This document shows positions 7,867 through 17,530 of a DNA stretch of 64,000 bases, in pieces. The notes beneath the pieces were generated by a model. It saw only the letters and a program-made list of their open reading frames with translations. It was not told where the DNA came from and did no database searches. The stretch covers positions 96,001 through 160,000 of the forward strand of contig JAULAX010000009.1 of assembly GCA_032654565.1 (NCBI GenBank), in the 5' to 3' direction. The translations under genes were made by a program, and so were the position numbers. This DNA comes from Anaeromyxobacteraceae bacterium. Its GTDB lineage: Bacteria; Myxococcota; Myxococcia; Myxococcales; Anaeromyxobacteraceae. Each line of letters opens with the position of its first letter. The stretch's first letter is position 1.

Positions 7867-9156
7867 CTACCCGGCCGCCGCGGCGCGGCCGGCGATCCAG
7901 CCGCTCAGGATGGCCACGCCGAGACCGGTCCCGTCGGCGGCGTGCTCGTGGCCGCCGAGCAGGGCCCCGGCGGCGAAGAGCCGCTCGGCGAAGGGGCGGC
8001 CGGCCTCGTCGAGCGGCCGGCAGGCCGCGTCCACCGCCACCCCCGCCGCCAGCAGCGGCTGGGCGTCGGTCCGCTGGCGGGTGGTGAGCATCCAGGGCGG
8101 CCGACCGGCCAGGGTGAGCCCGCCGGCGCCCGCCTCCGAGGCCAGCACCGGCAGCCCGAAGAGCGGCTCCACCAGCCCGCCGCGCCGGACCAGGCCGCCG
8201 CCGAGGAAGCGGCCGGTGGCCAGCACCCAGGACCGCGCCTCCACCGCCGCCTCGCCGACCCGGACCGCCTGTCCCGGCCCGGCGCCGGCCGCCAGGTCCC
8301 CGGTGAGCACGTCGACGCCGGCCCCGGCCAGCCGCGCCAGCATGGCCTGGTCGAGCCGCAGCCCCGGCACCGACGAGGGCGGGTCGGCCACCACCTCGGC
8401 CACCGGCAGGCCGGCGGCCGCCTCGACGCGGGCGTGGACCCGCGCCACCGGGTCGAGGCCGAGCACCGGCGGCACCAGCGCCACCACCGCCCCCCGGGGG
8501 AGGACGGCGCGCAGCGCCTCGCCCAGCGCCTCGGCGGCGCCGGGCGGCTCCAGCGCCCGGGCCAGCTCCACCGGCCGCAGGGCCCCGTCGCCGGGCGCGG
8601 TGAAGGCCAGCGCCTCGGCCACCGCCACGGCCGGCCCGCCCGACGAGGTCAGCCGGGCCGCCGCCGACGCCACCAGCCGGGCGTCGAAGCCGAGGTGGCC
8701 GGAGAAGCCGATCACCGCCGCCAGGCCGCGCACCCGCCGCAGGTCGCCGGCCGCCTGCGAGCGCAGGCAGAGGGCGCACTCGGCCAGGCCGCCGGAGACG
8801 TGGGCCAGGAAGCGCGGCCGGCCGTCGGGCGGCTCCACCAGCGCCGAGAGGTGGGCGGCGGCGAAGCCGAGCGCCTCCTCCAGCTCGGCGGTGCCGAGGC
8901 GGGCGTAGGGGTGGCCGGGCCGCCGCGCCGCCAGCCGCCGCGCCGACTCCAGCGGGGAGCGGCGCCCCAGCAGCGGATCGCCGGGGAGCGCGTCGAGGTC
9001 GGGGGCCACGCCGAAGGCCCCGCCGAAGAGCGCCGTGGCCCCGGGGGCGCGCCGCACCAGCAGCACCGTGGCGCCGCTGGCCCGGGCGGCGAGCGCCGCC
9101 ACCGCGCCGGCCAGGCCGCCGCCCACCACCAGCACGTCGACGCGCCGGGTGATCAT
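7867..9156 (-). CDS. glpB: Anaerobic glycerol-3-phosphate dehydrogenase subunit B-like FAD protein
   Basis: MITRRVDVLVVGGGLAG FAD motif, PSSVPGLRL, VLATGRFLGGGL, G.GVA..SG. ATG overlaps the glpA stop (ATGA). Confidence 0.8.
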   Translation of the reverse strand: MITRRVDVLVVGGGLAGAVAALAARASGATVLLVRRAPGATALFGGAFGVAPDLDALPGDPLLGRRSPLESARRLAARRPGHPYARLGTAELEEALGFAAAHLSALVEPPDGRPRFLAHVSGGLAECALCLRSQAAGDLRRVRGLAAVIGFSGHLGFDARLVASAAARLTSSGGPAVAVAEALAFTAPGDGALRPVELARALEPPGAAEALGEALRAVLPRGAVVALVPPVLGLDPVARVHARVEAAAGLPVAEVVADPPSSVPGLRLDQAMLARLAGAGVDVLTGDLAAGAGPGQAVRVGEAAVEARSWVLATGRFLGGGLVRRGGLVEPLFGLPVLASEAGAGGLTLAGRPPWMLTTRQRTDAQPLLAAGVAVDAACRPLDEAGRPFAERLFAAGALLGGHEHAADGTGLGVAILSGWIAGRAAAAG

Positions 9157-10796
9157 GCCCCGACCCCCCAGTGGGCGCCGCGCAGCAGCTCTTCCTGGGC
9201 CAGCTGGGCCCCGCCCAGCACGGCCCGCCGCTCCCGCCAGCCGGCCTCGAGCAGCCCGGCCAGCTCGGCCCGGGTCCGCTCGGCGTCCCAGCCCAGCTCG
9301 CGCGCCGTGAGCTGGGCCGCCAGCCGGGCGCAGTCGAGCCCGCCGCAGCCCCCCACCGACAGCCGGAGCCGGGTGCGCAGGTCGACCAGCCGCCGCACCA
9401 GCTCGTGCCGGACGCAGTGGACCACCTCGGCGGCCAGGATCCCCTCGTCCCGGCAGACCACCAGCCGCAGGCGCGGATCCTCGTCGCAGAGCCGCAGCAC
9501 CTCGCCGGCCCGGCCGCCGTGGCGATAGACCACCCGCGCCGCCACCGGCAGCGCCACCCGGTGGGCGGTGGCCAGGGCCGCGGCGTCGGCCGGCGCCTCC
9601 CCGCCGGGGAGCGGAGTGAGGTGGGTCCGGCAGGCCACCGGGGCCCGCCCCAGGTCGCGCAGGATCCGGTCGGTGACCTCCTCGGCCTGGGCCCGGTAGC
9701 TGGCCAGCTTGCCGCCCACCAGGGAGAGCAGCCCGGCCGCCCCGTCGGCGGCGTGATCGATGAGCTGGTGGTCGCGCGAGAGGGCGTCCTCGTTGGGGCC
9801 GTAGTCGTAGAGCGTGGTCCTGAGCGCCCAGAAGGCCCGCGAGAGCCGCGCCTCCCGCGCCGCCGGGAAGACCGAGGCCGCCCCCTCCAGCAGGTACTCG
9901 ACGTCGTCGGCGGTGGCCTCGCAGTCGTCGGGGTCGCCGTAGAAGTCGTCGTCGGTGGTGGCGATCCAGCTCTCGCGGTCGTGCGGGTAGACGAACATCA
10001 TCCGGCCGTCGACGGCGTTGCAGACCACCGCGTAGTCGGAGAGCCGGCGGTCCATGCAGAGGTGGACCCCCTTGCCGGGGCGCATCCGCACCGTGGCCCC
10101 CTGCCGCCGGGCGAAGGCCGGCGACCAGGCGCCGGTGGCGTTGAAGACCAGCGGCGCCCGCGCCTCCCCGGCCTCGCCGGTGACCCGGTCGACCCAGCGC
10201 ACCCCCACCGCCCGCCCGTCCTCGCGGAGCACGTCGCGGGCCTCGGTCCAGGTCCGCACCTCGGCGCCGTGGTCCCGCGCCGCCAGGGCGTTGAGGACGC
10301 AGAGCCGGTGGGCGTCGATGCCCCACTCGTCGAAGGTGACGGCGCCGTGGAGGCCGGGGCGCAGCCCGGGCTCGAGCCGGTAGAGGTCGTCGGCGCCGAG
10401 CCGCACCGAGGGCTTGCCCCGCTTGAGCGGCTGGTAGACGTCGTAGGTGGAGAAGAAGACCTCGGTGGCGTAGGCCACCGCCCGCTCCACCAGGCTCTGC
10501 CGCTCCCGCCTCGAGGTGAAGGGAACCAGGAAGGGGATGCGGAAGAGCAGGTGGGGGGCCAGCCGCTGGATGTAGCCGGAGTCGCGGCAGGCCAGCCTGG
10601 TGACCCGCGGACCGGAGAGCATGTAGCGCGGCCCGCCGTGGATCAGCCCGGAGCTGCCGCCCGAGGCGCCCGAGGCCAGGTCGCCGCGCTCCAGCAGCAG
10701 CACCTTGAGGCCGCGCATGGCGCAGTCGCGCGCCGTGCCCAGCCCGTTGACCCCGCCACCGAGGACGATGACATCGTGACCCGCGACCCTCTCCAC
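9153..10796 (-). CDS. glpA: Glycerol-3-phosphate dehydrogenase/oxidase, flavoprotein subunit
   Basis: DVIVLGGGVNG, GASGGSSGLIHGGPRY, NATGAW, GGKL; C-terminal Cys cluster (GGCGGLDC) as in GlpA. Confidence 0.85.
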   Translation of the reverse strand: MERVAGHDVIVLGGGVNGLGTARDCAMRGLKVLLLERGDLASGASGGSSGLIHGGPRYMLSGPRVTRLACRDSGYIQRLAPHLLFRIPFLVPFTSRRERQSLVERAVAYATEVFFSTYDVYQPLKRGKPSVRLGADDLYRLEPGLRPGLHGAVTFDEWGIDAHRLCVLNALAARDHGAEVRTWTEARDVLREDGRAVGVRWVDRVTGEAGEARAPLVFNATGAWSPAFARRQGATVRMRPGKGVHLCMDRRLSDYAVVCNAVDGRMMFVYPHDRESWIATTDDDFYGDPDDCEATADDVEYLLEGAASVFPAAREARLSRAFWALRTTLYDYGPNEDALSRDHQLIDHAADGAAGLLSLVGGKLASYRAQAEEVTDRILRDLGRAPVACRTHLTPLPGGEAPADAAALATAHRVALPVAARVVYRHGGRAGEVLRLCDEDPRLRLVVCRDEGILAAEVVHCVRHELVRRLVDLRTRLRLSVGGCGGLDCARLAAQLTARELGWDAERTRAELAGLLEAGWRERRAVLGGAQLAQEELLRGAHWGVGA

Positions 10797-10860
10797 GCCA
10801 GGGAGTGTAGCCCTCCCCGGGCCGGGGCAGGGTGGCGACGATGGGGCGCGGCGCCGGGCG

Positions 10861-12675
10861 CTACTTGGGCTGCTCGGCGGTGCTCTTGACGTAGAGGTCG
10901 CGCAGCTGCTTCTGGTCGACGTCGCCGGGGGCGCCGGTCATCAGGTCGGTCCCCTTCTGCGTCTTCGGCCAGGCCACCACGTCACGGAGCGACTCGGCGC
11001 CGGTGAGCAGCATCACCAGGCGGTCCATGCCCAGCGCGATGCCGCCGTGCGGGGGGGCCCCCAGCTTGAGGGCGTCGAGGAGGAAGCCGAACTTGCTCCG
11101 GGCGTCCTCGTCGCTGATCCCCATGGCCTTGAAGACCCGGGCCTGCACCTCGGGGTCGTGCAGGCGGATGGAGCCGCCGCCGATCTCGAAGCCATTGAGG
11201 ACGCAGTCGTAGCGGTAGCAGTCGACCTTGCCGGGGTCGGTCTCCAGGTACTGCAGGCACTCGTCGTGGGGCCGGGTGAAGGCGTGGTGGGCGGCCGCCC
11301 ACTGCCCCGACTCCTCGTCGAACTCGAAGAGCGGCGGGTTGACCACCCAGAGGAAGCGCCAGCTCCCGCCCGAGCCGAACTCGGGGATGAGGCCGAGCCG
11401 CTTGCCGAGGTGGAGGCGCAGGTTGGCCATCACCGTCTGGACCACCGACTCCTTGCCGAACTGGAAGAGCAGCAGGTCGCCGGGGGCGGCCTGGCAGGCG
11501 GCGTTGATGGCGGCGCGCAGCCCGGGGGTGATGGTCTTGGCGAAGGGCGACTGGGTCCACTCGCCCCCCTCGCCGACCTTGGCCCGGGCCAGCCCCTTGG
11601 AGCCCATCCCCTTGACGTACTCCTCGAGCTTGTCGATCTCGGTGCGCGAGAGGTTGGCCGAGGCCGGCACCTTCATGGCCTTGACGATCCCCTTCCCCGC
11701 CACCACCTCGGCGAGGAGCGGCACCCCGCCGCCGCCGTGCTCCTTGACCAGGGCGGTCAGGACCACGTGCTCCATGCCGAAGCGCAGGTCGGGCTTGTCG
11801 TTGCCGTACCGGTCCATCGACTCGTAGAAGGGCATGCGCTGGAAGGGGCGCGGGATGTCCACCCCCAGCACCTCCTTCCAGAGCTTCACGATCAGCCCCT
11901 CGATGACCTCGAAGATGTCGTCCTGCTTGACGAAGGACATCTCCACGTCGATCTGGGTGAACTCCGGCTGGCGATCGACGCGCAGGTCCTCGTCGCGGAA
12001 GCAGCGGACGATCTGGAAGTACCGGTCGAAGCCGGCGATCATGTAGAGCTGCTTGAAGAGCTGCGGGCTCTCGGCCAGCGCGTAGAACTTGCCCGGATTG
12101 AGGCGCGAGGGGACCAGGAAGTTGCGGGCCCCGCCCGGCGTGTACTTCACCATGAACGGGGTCTCCAGCTCGAGGAACCCCTGGTCGGTGAAGTGGTTGC
12201 GGGTGAGGTGGTTGACCCGGGCCCGGGTCATCAGCGTCTTCTGCATGGGGGCCCGGCGCAGGTCGAGGAAGCGGTACTGCAGCCGCTTCTCCTCGGCGGT
12301 GTCGAGCTTGTCCTCCACCTGGAAGGGGAGCGGCTCGGAGCGGTTGAAGATCTCCAGCTCGGTGGCGTGGACCTCGATCTCGCCGGTCTTGAGCTTGGGG
12401 TTGACGTTGCCGCCGCGCGAGACCACCGTGCCGCGCACGCCCACGCAGTACTCCAGCCGCAGCTGGCCGGCCAGGTCGTGCACCTCGGGGCGCACGTCCT
12501 GCTCGAAGACCACCTGGGTCACGCCCTCGCGGTCGCGCAGGTCGATGAAGACGGCGCCGCCGTGATCGCGCCGGTTGTTGATCCACCCGAAGAGGATGAC
12601 CTCGGCGCCGACCTCGGCCCTGGTGAGCTGTCCACAGTTGTGCGTCCGCTTGAGGTCGGTGATGAAGCGCGCCAC
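10861..12675 (-). CDS. aspS: Aspartate--tRNA ligase (probably non-discriminating Asp/Asn type)
   Basis: RTHNCG, RRDHGG (His typical of ND-AspRS), CFRDEDLR.DRQPEFTQ.D.E, GAPPHGGIALG.DR. GTG start at 12675 with GGAGG RBS. Confidence 0.97.
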   Translation of the reverse strand: MARFITDLKRTHNCGQLTRAEVGAEVILFGWINNRRDHGGAVFIDLRDREGVTQVVFEQDVRPEVHDLAGQLRLEYCVGVRGTVVSRGGNVNPKLKTGEIEVHATELEIFNRSEPLPFQVEDKLDTAEEKRLQYRFLDLRRAPMQKTLMTRARVNHLTRNHFTDQGFLELETPFMVKYTPGGARNFLVPSRLNPGKFYALAESPQLFKQLYMIAGFDRYFQIVRCFRDEDLRVDRQPEFTQIDVEMSFVKQDDIFEVIEGLIVKLWKEVLGVDIPRPFQRMPFYESMDRYGNDKPDLRFGMEHVVLTALVKEHGGGGVPLLAEVVAGKGIVKAMKVPASANLSRTEIDKLEEYVKGMGSKGLARAKVGEGGEWTQSPFAKTITPGLRAAINAACQAAPGDLLLFQFGKESVVQTVMANLRLHLGKRLGLIPEFGSGGSWRFLWVVNPPLFEFDEESGQWAAAHHAFTRPHDECLQYLETDPGKVDCYRYDCVLNGFEIGGGSIRLHDPEVQARVFKAMGISDEDARSKFGFLLDALKLGAPPHGGIALGMDRLVMLLTGAESLRDVVAWPKTQKGTDLMTGAPGDVDQKQLRDLYVKSTAEQPK

Positions 12676-12734
12676 GAAGGGCCTCCCCGGCTGGGTTGAG
12701 TGGGGGGGCATCTCACACCGTGAAACGCTCGAGG

Positions 12735-13613
12735 TCAAGGTGGCGAGCGGGGCGGCGAGGCGGGGCGGAGCGGCCCCGGGGCGCGAGCCTCCCCGTCACC
12801 GGGCGGCGCCATCCGCGTGAAGCCGGCAGCCCCGGGCCCCGCCGGCGGTCCCTGCCGGCCCACCGCAGGATCGCCATCGGCGACCCAGGCGACCTCCTCC
12901 ACGAGGACCTCCGAGCCGATGAACTCGAGGAACTCGTCGCGGCGCTGCTCCGTCATCTTCACGAACTCGAGGCCCAGGCCAGGTTCGCTGGAGGTGGAGC
13001 GCCAGCGGACGTCGGCCTCGAGGGTGAAGTGCTCGCCGGTCCTGGGATGGATGACGCGCACCTTCACCGGGCTTCCCACCGCGACCCCGATGGTGGTGCC
13101 GACGAACAGCCCGCCCTTGGAGACGTTGCGGGTGTAGAGCAGGCGGACGTCGTCGACGGTCTGGAGGCGGACCTGGAGGACCGCCCGGAAGCGAGGGTCG
13201 ACGCGCCCCGGCGACGGCTCGGCGGGGCGCCGCGCCGCGTCCTCCGGTGCGTCCGTCGCGGCCGGCCCGTCCCGGCCACCGGCCGCGAACTCGATGAACT
13301 GGCTCCAGCGCCGGCGCTCGACCGCGGTGAGCGAGTAGAGCTGGATGCCGACGCCCGGCGGCCCACCGTCCTTCGAGGCGGCCTGGCGGGCCGCCATCCC
13401 CATCACCACCAGCTCGTCTCCCTGGTCGGGCAGCTTCAGGCGCAGTCGGACCAGCCACCTCACCTCCAACCGTACCTCGGTGCGGAGGTAGACCCCCGCC
13501 AGGCTCACGTCATCCGTATAGGCCGCGAAGTCCCTCCCTCCCTGGGAGAGGACGGCCTCGAGACGGAAGGGAATGCGGGCCGTGCGACGCAGCTCGATGC
13601 CTTGTTTCAGCAT
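12735..13613 (-). CDS. Tandem PilZ-domain protein (TIGR02266-like)
   Basis: RRTAR...DVSLAG and RVDPR...YTRNVSKGGLFV PilZ motifs. Probable ATG at 13613. Confidence 0.8.
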   Translation of the reverse strand: MLKQGIELRRTARIPFRLEAVLSQGGRDFAAYTDDVSLAGVYLRTEVRLEVRWLVRLRLKLPDQGDELVVMGMAARQAASKDGGPPGVGIQLYSLTAVERRRWSQFIEFAAGGRDGPAATDAPEDAARRPAEPSPGRVDPRFRAVLQVRLQTVDDVRLLYTRNVSKGGLFVGTTIGVAVGSPVKVRVIHPRTGEHFTLEADVRWRSTSSEPGLGLEFVKMTEQRRDEFLEFIGSEVLVEEVAWVADGDPAVGRQGPPAGPGAAGFTRMAPPGDGEARAPGPLRPASPPRSPP

Positions 13614-13669
13614 GGTCTCTGCCGGGCGACTCCTTTGGGTCGCTGGTCTCCCTCCCGACCTGCTCACGA

Positions 13670-13685
13670 TTCACCCACCGTGCCA
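13670..13685 (-). promoter_or_regulatory. Possible sigma54 -24/-12 promoter for the PilZ gene
   Basis: TGGCAC-GGTGG-GTGAA; the -12 element is GA rather than GC. Confidence 0.35.
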
Positions 13686-13882
13686 GCCTGGTCCCGTCGC
13701 GGGTGGGGGCGCAGACCGTCCATCTCCTTGAGATCCTCCTGGCGAGAGGCCCGTCTTCTGGCCGCTCTACCCCGGGTCGCGCCCACCCGGGGCCAGGGGA
13801 CCCCAGCCACCGCGGGCCAGGCGCCGAGGCGCGCCAGCCCGGCGAGCGGCGCTCCAGCGGCCAGACCCTGCGGGCTCTTCGG

Positions 13883-13898
13883 CGGCACGGGATATGCT
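13883..13898 (+). promoter_or_regulatory. sigma54 -24/-12 promoter-like site for HDOD gene 1
   Basis: CGGCAC-GGGAT-ATGCT (GG-N10-GC). Confidence 0.55.
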
Positions 13899-13911
13899 GC
13901 CTCGCCCGGGG

Positions 13912-15033
13912 ATGGGAGAACTCCTTCACCAGCTCCGGCGGCTCCTCACCAGGTCGGCCGCGCCACCTCGGGTCGTCTCCCCGCCCTCGATCTCTTCTCC
14001 CGTCCGGGTGCCGGTGCCGGTACCGGTGCCGGAGGCTGCGCCGGAGCCGGAAGCCTCCGCACCGGGCGGGGGCCTCACGTCCGCCACCGCCACGTTCGCC
14101 CCATTCGCCAGCGCCCTGGGGCTTCGACTTCCGGCGCCGCTCCCCGAGCCGGGTCCGGAGGAGGCTTCGGCCCGGGAGGAGGCTTCGACCCGGGTGCTGG
14201 CTCACTTCCAGGCCAATCGCCCCGGCCCGGCCTCGGCCCCGACCCTCTCCATCCGGATCCTCAACCTGGTCGCGGCTCCGGAGACCGACGTCTCCGAGCT
14301 GGCCCGCCTCGTCTCCAGCGATCCGGCGCTGGCGGCCGGGGTGCTCACGGTGGCCAACTCCCCCGCGCTCCGGGGGCTCACCGAGACCGAGACGGTGCGC
14401 GAAGCGATCACCCGGCTCGGCTTCGAGGAGGTGGCGCGGGTGGCCGGCGCCGTCAGCGCCCGCAGCCTCTTCAACCCCCGCCTCAAGTCGGAGCTGGCGG
14501 CCCACGGCACCCGCTTCGCCGCCCTCTACCACCGGGCCTTCACGGTGGCCAACGGCGCCGCCTGGCTGGCCCTCCGGCGCAGGAACGGGAGATCCGACCG
14601 GGCCTTCCTCGGTGGCATGCTCCACGACGTCGGCAAGACCATCGCGCTCCGCTCGGTGGCCGCCCTCCTGCGCCAGGGCGAGCTCCAGCTCACCGGTGGA
14701 GGCCCGCAGGTCGACCTGCTGCTGGACAGGGTGCACCTGGAGATCGGCGGCGAGGTCCACCAGGAATGGGGCCTGCCGCAGTACCTCACCGTCATGGCGG
14801 TCCGCCATCACGACGAGTCGATCCCGGCCGACGAGGAGTTCGAGGCCCTGCACGAGGTTCGGCTGGTCGCGGCCCTCCAGGACCTGGCCGGCGAGCCGGC
14901 CTTCGCGGCGCGCGCCGCCGGCGAGCTGGTGCAGAGCGCCGCCGCGCTGGGGATGGGACCGCTCCAGGTGCGCGAGCTGTTCGCAGAGCTCCGGGCCGCG
15001 AGCCACCGGGCCGGCACCGCCTTCGGCCTCTAG
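13912..15033 (+). CDS. HDOD domain protein
   Basis: DPALAAGVLTVANS, AITRLG, AFLGGMLHDVGK, WGLP..HH. ATG 13912 chosen because the ATG at 13894 lies inside the sigma54-like site. Confidence 0.85.
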   Translation: MGELLHQLRRLLTRSAAPPRVVSPPSISSPVRVPVPVPVPEAAPEPEASAPGGGLTSATATFAPFASALGLRLPAPLPEPGPEEASAREEASTRVLAHFQANRPGPASAPTLSIRILNLVAAPETDVSELARLVSSDPALAAGVLTVANSPALRGLTETETVREAITRLGFEEVARVAGAVSARSLFNPRLKSELAAHGTRFAALYHRAFTVANGAAWLALRRRNGRSDRAFLGGMLHDVGKTIALRSVAALLRQGELQLTGGGPQVDLLLDRVHLEIGGEVHQEWGLPQYLTVMAVRHHDESIPADEEFEALHEVRLVAALQDLAGEPAFAARAAGELVQSAAALGMGPLQVRELFAELRAASHRAGTAFGL

Positions 15034-15986
15034 CCAGCGGCCTTCCCGCGCTCCCCGCCCAGCGCCCCCACCAGCTGGAAGGCCTCCGCCCGGGCGGCGG
15101 CCATGGCCAGGTCGTCCATGCGCAGCGCCCGACGCGCCTCCTCGACCACCCCCGACCAGTTGGCGTCGACGCCGTCGACGGGGGCCTCCGGGGTGGTCAT
15201 GGACATGGGAGCGGCGTCCGGCGGGGGCGGCTCCATGCCGGCGCCGGCCTCCCAGGCCAGCTGCTCGGCCACGACGAGGCTGGCGTTGACCAGCTCGATC
15301 TTCCCTCCTGGGGCCGGCTCATGGTGCGTCGAGACCATCCTCTGGATCGCCTCGGGGAGCTTCCAGAGCCTGGTCAGGAGGCCGGAGGCCTCCTCGTGCA
15401 CCTCGTCGATGACCGGCTTGAGCGCCTCGAAGCTCGAGCCCTTCCTGGCGGGGTCCTCCGACAGTGCCAGCAGCGCGGCGGCGAAGCCGACGTCGTGGAG
15501 CAGCCCGCAGAGGAAGGCGTGCTCGGCCTCGACGTTGCTGCGCCGGCAGACGGCGCGCATGACGTGGGCCACGGCGGCCGAGTGTCGCCCCAGCCGCTGC
15601 ATGGCCCCGTCGTAGCCGGGCACGCGGAAGACCTTGATCCGCAGGGCCGCCTCCAGCACCAGGTCGCGCATGGCCTTGAGGCCGAGGCGGACCGAGGCCT
15701 GCAGGAGGGTGGTGATGGGTGACCGGGTCGTGTAGGCGGCCGAGTTGGCGATGGAGAGGACCCTGGCTGCCAGCACCGGGTCCTTCTGGAGCAACCCCAC
15801 CACCTCCTCGAACTTGACGTCGGGGCGCTGGGCCAGGCGCATCACCTCGAGGGCCACCTCGGGCAACATGGGCGGCCGGTACGTCGGTGAGGAGAAGGTG
15901 AGGCGAAGCCGCTCGGTGACGTCGGCGGCGTGGAGCCCTTCGACGGCGGTCGAGGCGGCCATGAAGGTCCTGGGGAACCCGCTCAT
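15030..15986 (-). CDS. HDOD domain protein
   Basis: PMLPEVA, DPVLAARVLSIANS, AFLCGLLHDVG, WKLP..HH. Confidence 0.88.
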   Translation of the reverse strand: MSGFPRTFMAASTAVEGLHAADVTERLRLTFSSPTYRPPMLPEVALEVMRLAQRPDVKFEEVVGLLQKDPVLAARVLSIANSAAYTTRSPITTLLQASVRLGLKAMRDLVLEAALRIKVFRVPGYDGAMQRLGRHSAAVAHVMRAVCRRSNVEAEHAFLCGLLHDVGFAAALLALSEDPARKGSSFEALKPVIDEVHEEASGLLTRLWKLPEAIQRMVSTHHEPAPGGKIELVNASLVVAEQLAWEAGAGMEPPPPDAAPMSMTTPEAPVDGVDANWSGVVEEARRALRMDDLAMAAARAEAFQLVGALGGERGKAAG

Positions 15987-15998
15987 GCCCGCCCGTGT

Positions 15999-16014
15999 AG
16001 CCAGTGGCGTGCCA
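15999..16014 (-). promoter_or_regulatory. sigma54 -24/-12 promoter-like site for HDOD gene 2
   Basis: TGGCAC-GCCAC-TGGCT (GG-N10-GC), about 12 nt before the ATG. Confidence 0.55.
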
Positions 16015-16230
16015 GACTGGCCCAGGCCAAGCCCCCGTCATCATGGACGGAGTCGGGCGAGGCGGTGCCCCGGCTCGTCCCTGGGTCGAGGGTGGCGGGT
16101 CACGTCGACCCCCGGCCCCGGGGCTCCCCACCGCCACCTCGAACCATCGGGCACCGGCTGGACCGGCCGAGGGCGCACTTCGATCCGGCGCGGTCGGTGC
16201 CTGCGCCAGGGGAGGGAGGGGAGCGCGCCG

Positions 16231-16572
16231 TCACGCCTTCTTCACGAACTCCGACTTGAGCCCCATGGCGCCGATGCCGTCGATCCGGCAGTCGATGTCG
16301 TGGTCGCCCTCGACCAGGCGGATGTTGCGCACCTTGGTCCCCACCTTCACCACCGAGGAGGAGCCCCGCACCTTGAGGTCCTTGATGACCGTGACCGAGT
16401 CGCCGTCGGCGAGCACGGCGCCGAAGGCGTCGCGGACCACGTGGCCAGGCTCCGCCGCCGGGGCCGGCGCCCCCGGCGTCCACTCGTGGGCGCACTCGGG
16501 GCAGACCAGCGTGCTGCCGTCCTGGTAGGTGAGGGCGGAGTGGCAGGCGGGGCAGGCGGGCAGGTCGCTCAT
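16231..16572 (-). CDS. phnA: Zinc-ribbon protein YjdM/PhnA family
   Basis: CPAC...[29 protein letters not shown]. Confidence 0.92.
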   Translation of the reverse strand: MSDLPACPACHSALTYQDGSTLVCPECAHEWTPGAPAPAAEPGHVVRDAFGAVLADGDSVTVIKDLKVRGSSSVVKVGTKVRNIRLVEGDHDIDCRIDGIGAMGLKSEFVKKA

Positions 16573-16675
16573 GGTCGGAGGGTGTACCTCGGCCCGCGCC
16601 GTCGCTTCAACCAGCCCTCCCCGCCCCCGGCGCCCGGCCGCGGTGGGCGCCTCGACCGCCGACCACCGGGCCCGG

Positions 16676-17497
16676 TCAGCGCCCTGGCGTCCTGGTCTCC
16701 TGGAGCAGGTTGCCGCCGTCGACCACCACGGTGGCCCCGTTCACGTAGCTGGCCCCCGTCGAGGCCAGGAAGGCGATCACCTCGGCCACCTCGCCGGGTC
16801 GTCCGGCCCGGCCCGGCGGCGTGGCCCGGCCGGCGCGGCGCTCGGCCGGGGTGCTGGAGGCGGTGGCGATCCAGCCCGGGGCCACGGCGTTGACGGTGAT
16901 GCCGGCCCGCGCCAGCTCCAGCGCCAGGGTCCGGGTCAGCCCGCCCAGGGCCGCCTTGCCCGCCGCGTAGGCGCTCTCGCCGGGGTTGGAGACCAGCGGC
17001 CCGGTCACCGAGCTGACGTTGACGATCCGGCCGGCGCCGCCGCCGACCCGCGCGCCGGCGCTGCGCCGCAGGGCCGGCAGGGCGGCCCGGGTGGTGTTCA
17101 CGGCGGTGAGCAGGTTCGAGTCCAGCGAGGCCTGCCAGTCCTCCGGGGAGAGCGAGGCGAAGGGCCTCACCAGCTCCGGCGCCCCGACCCGCCCCATGCC
17201 AGCGTTGTTCACCAGCACGTCCAGCCGGCCGAAGCGCTCCAGCGCCAGCTCCACCACGGCACGCGCCGAGCGCGGGTCGGTGAGGTCACAGACGGCGCCG
17301 GCGGCCTCCACGCCGAGGGCGGCCAGCGCCGCCACCCGGTCATGGATGCGGGAGGTGGTCGAGGTGACGACCACCGCCAGGCCGCGGCGCCCCAGCAGCG
17401 CGGCGGCGGCGAAGCCGATCCCCGCGGGGCTGCCGGCGCCGGTGACCAGGGCGACGCGGCGGGGAGGTGCGGGGGCGGGGCGCGGGCGGGTCGGCAT
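16676..17497 (-). CDS. SDR family oxidoreductase (FabG-like)
   Basis: [30 protein letters not shown]. Confidence 0.9.
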   Translation of the reverse strand: MPTRPRPAPAPPRRVALVTGAGSPAGIGFAAAALLGRRGLAVVVTSTTSRIHDRVAALAALGVEAAGAVCDLTDPRSARAVVELALERFGRLDVLVNNAGMGRVGAPELVRPFASLSPEDWQASLDSNLLTAVNTTRAALPALRRSAGARVGGGAGRIVNVSSVTGPLVSNPGESAYAAGKAALGGLTRTLALELARAGITVNAVAPGWIATASSTPAERRAGRATPPGRAGRPGEVAEVIAFLASTGASYVNGATVVVDGGNLLQETRTPGR

Positions 17498-17530
17498 GCG
17501 AGAGCATAGACCGACCCGGCCGGGCCACCA

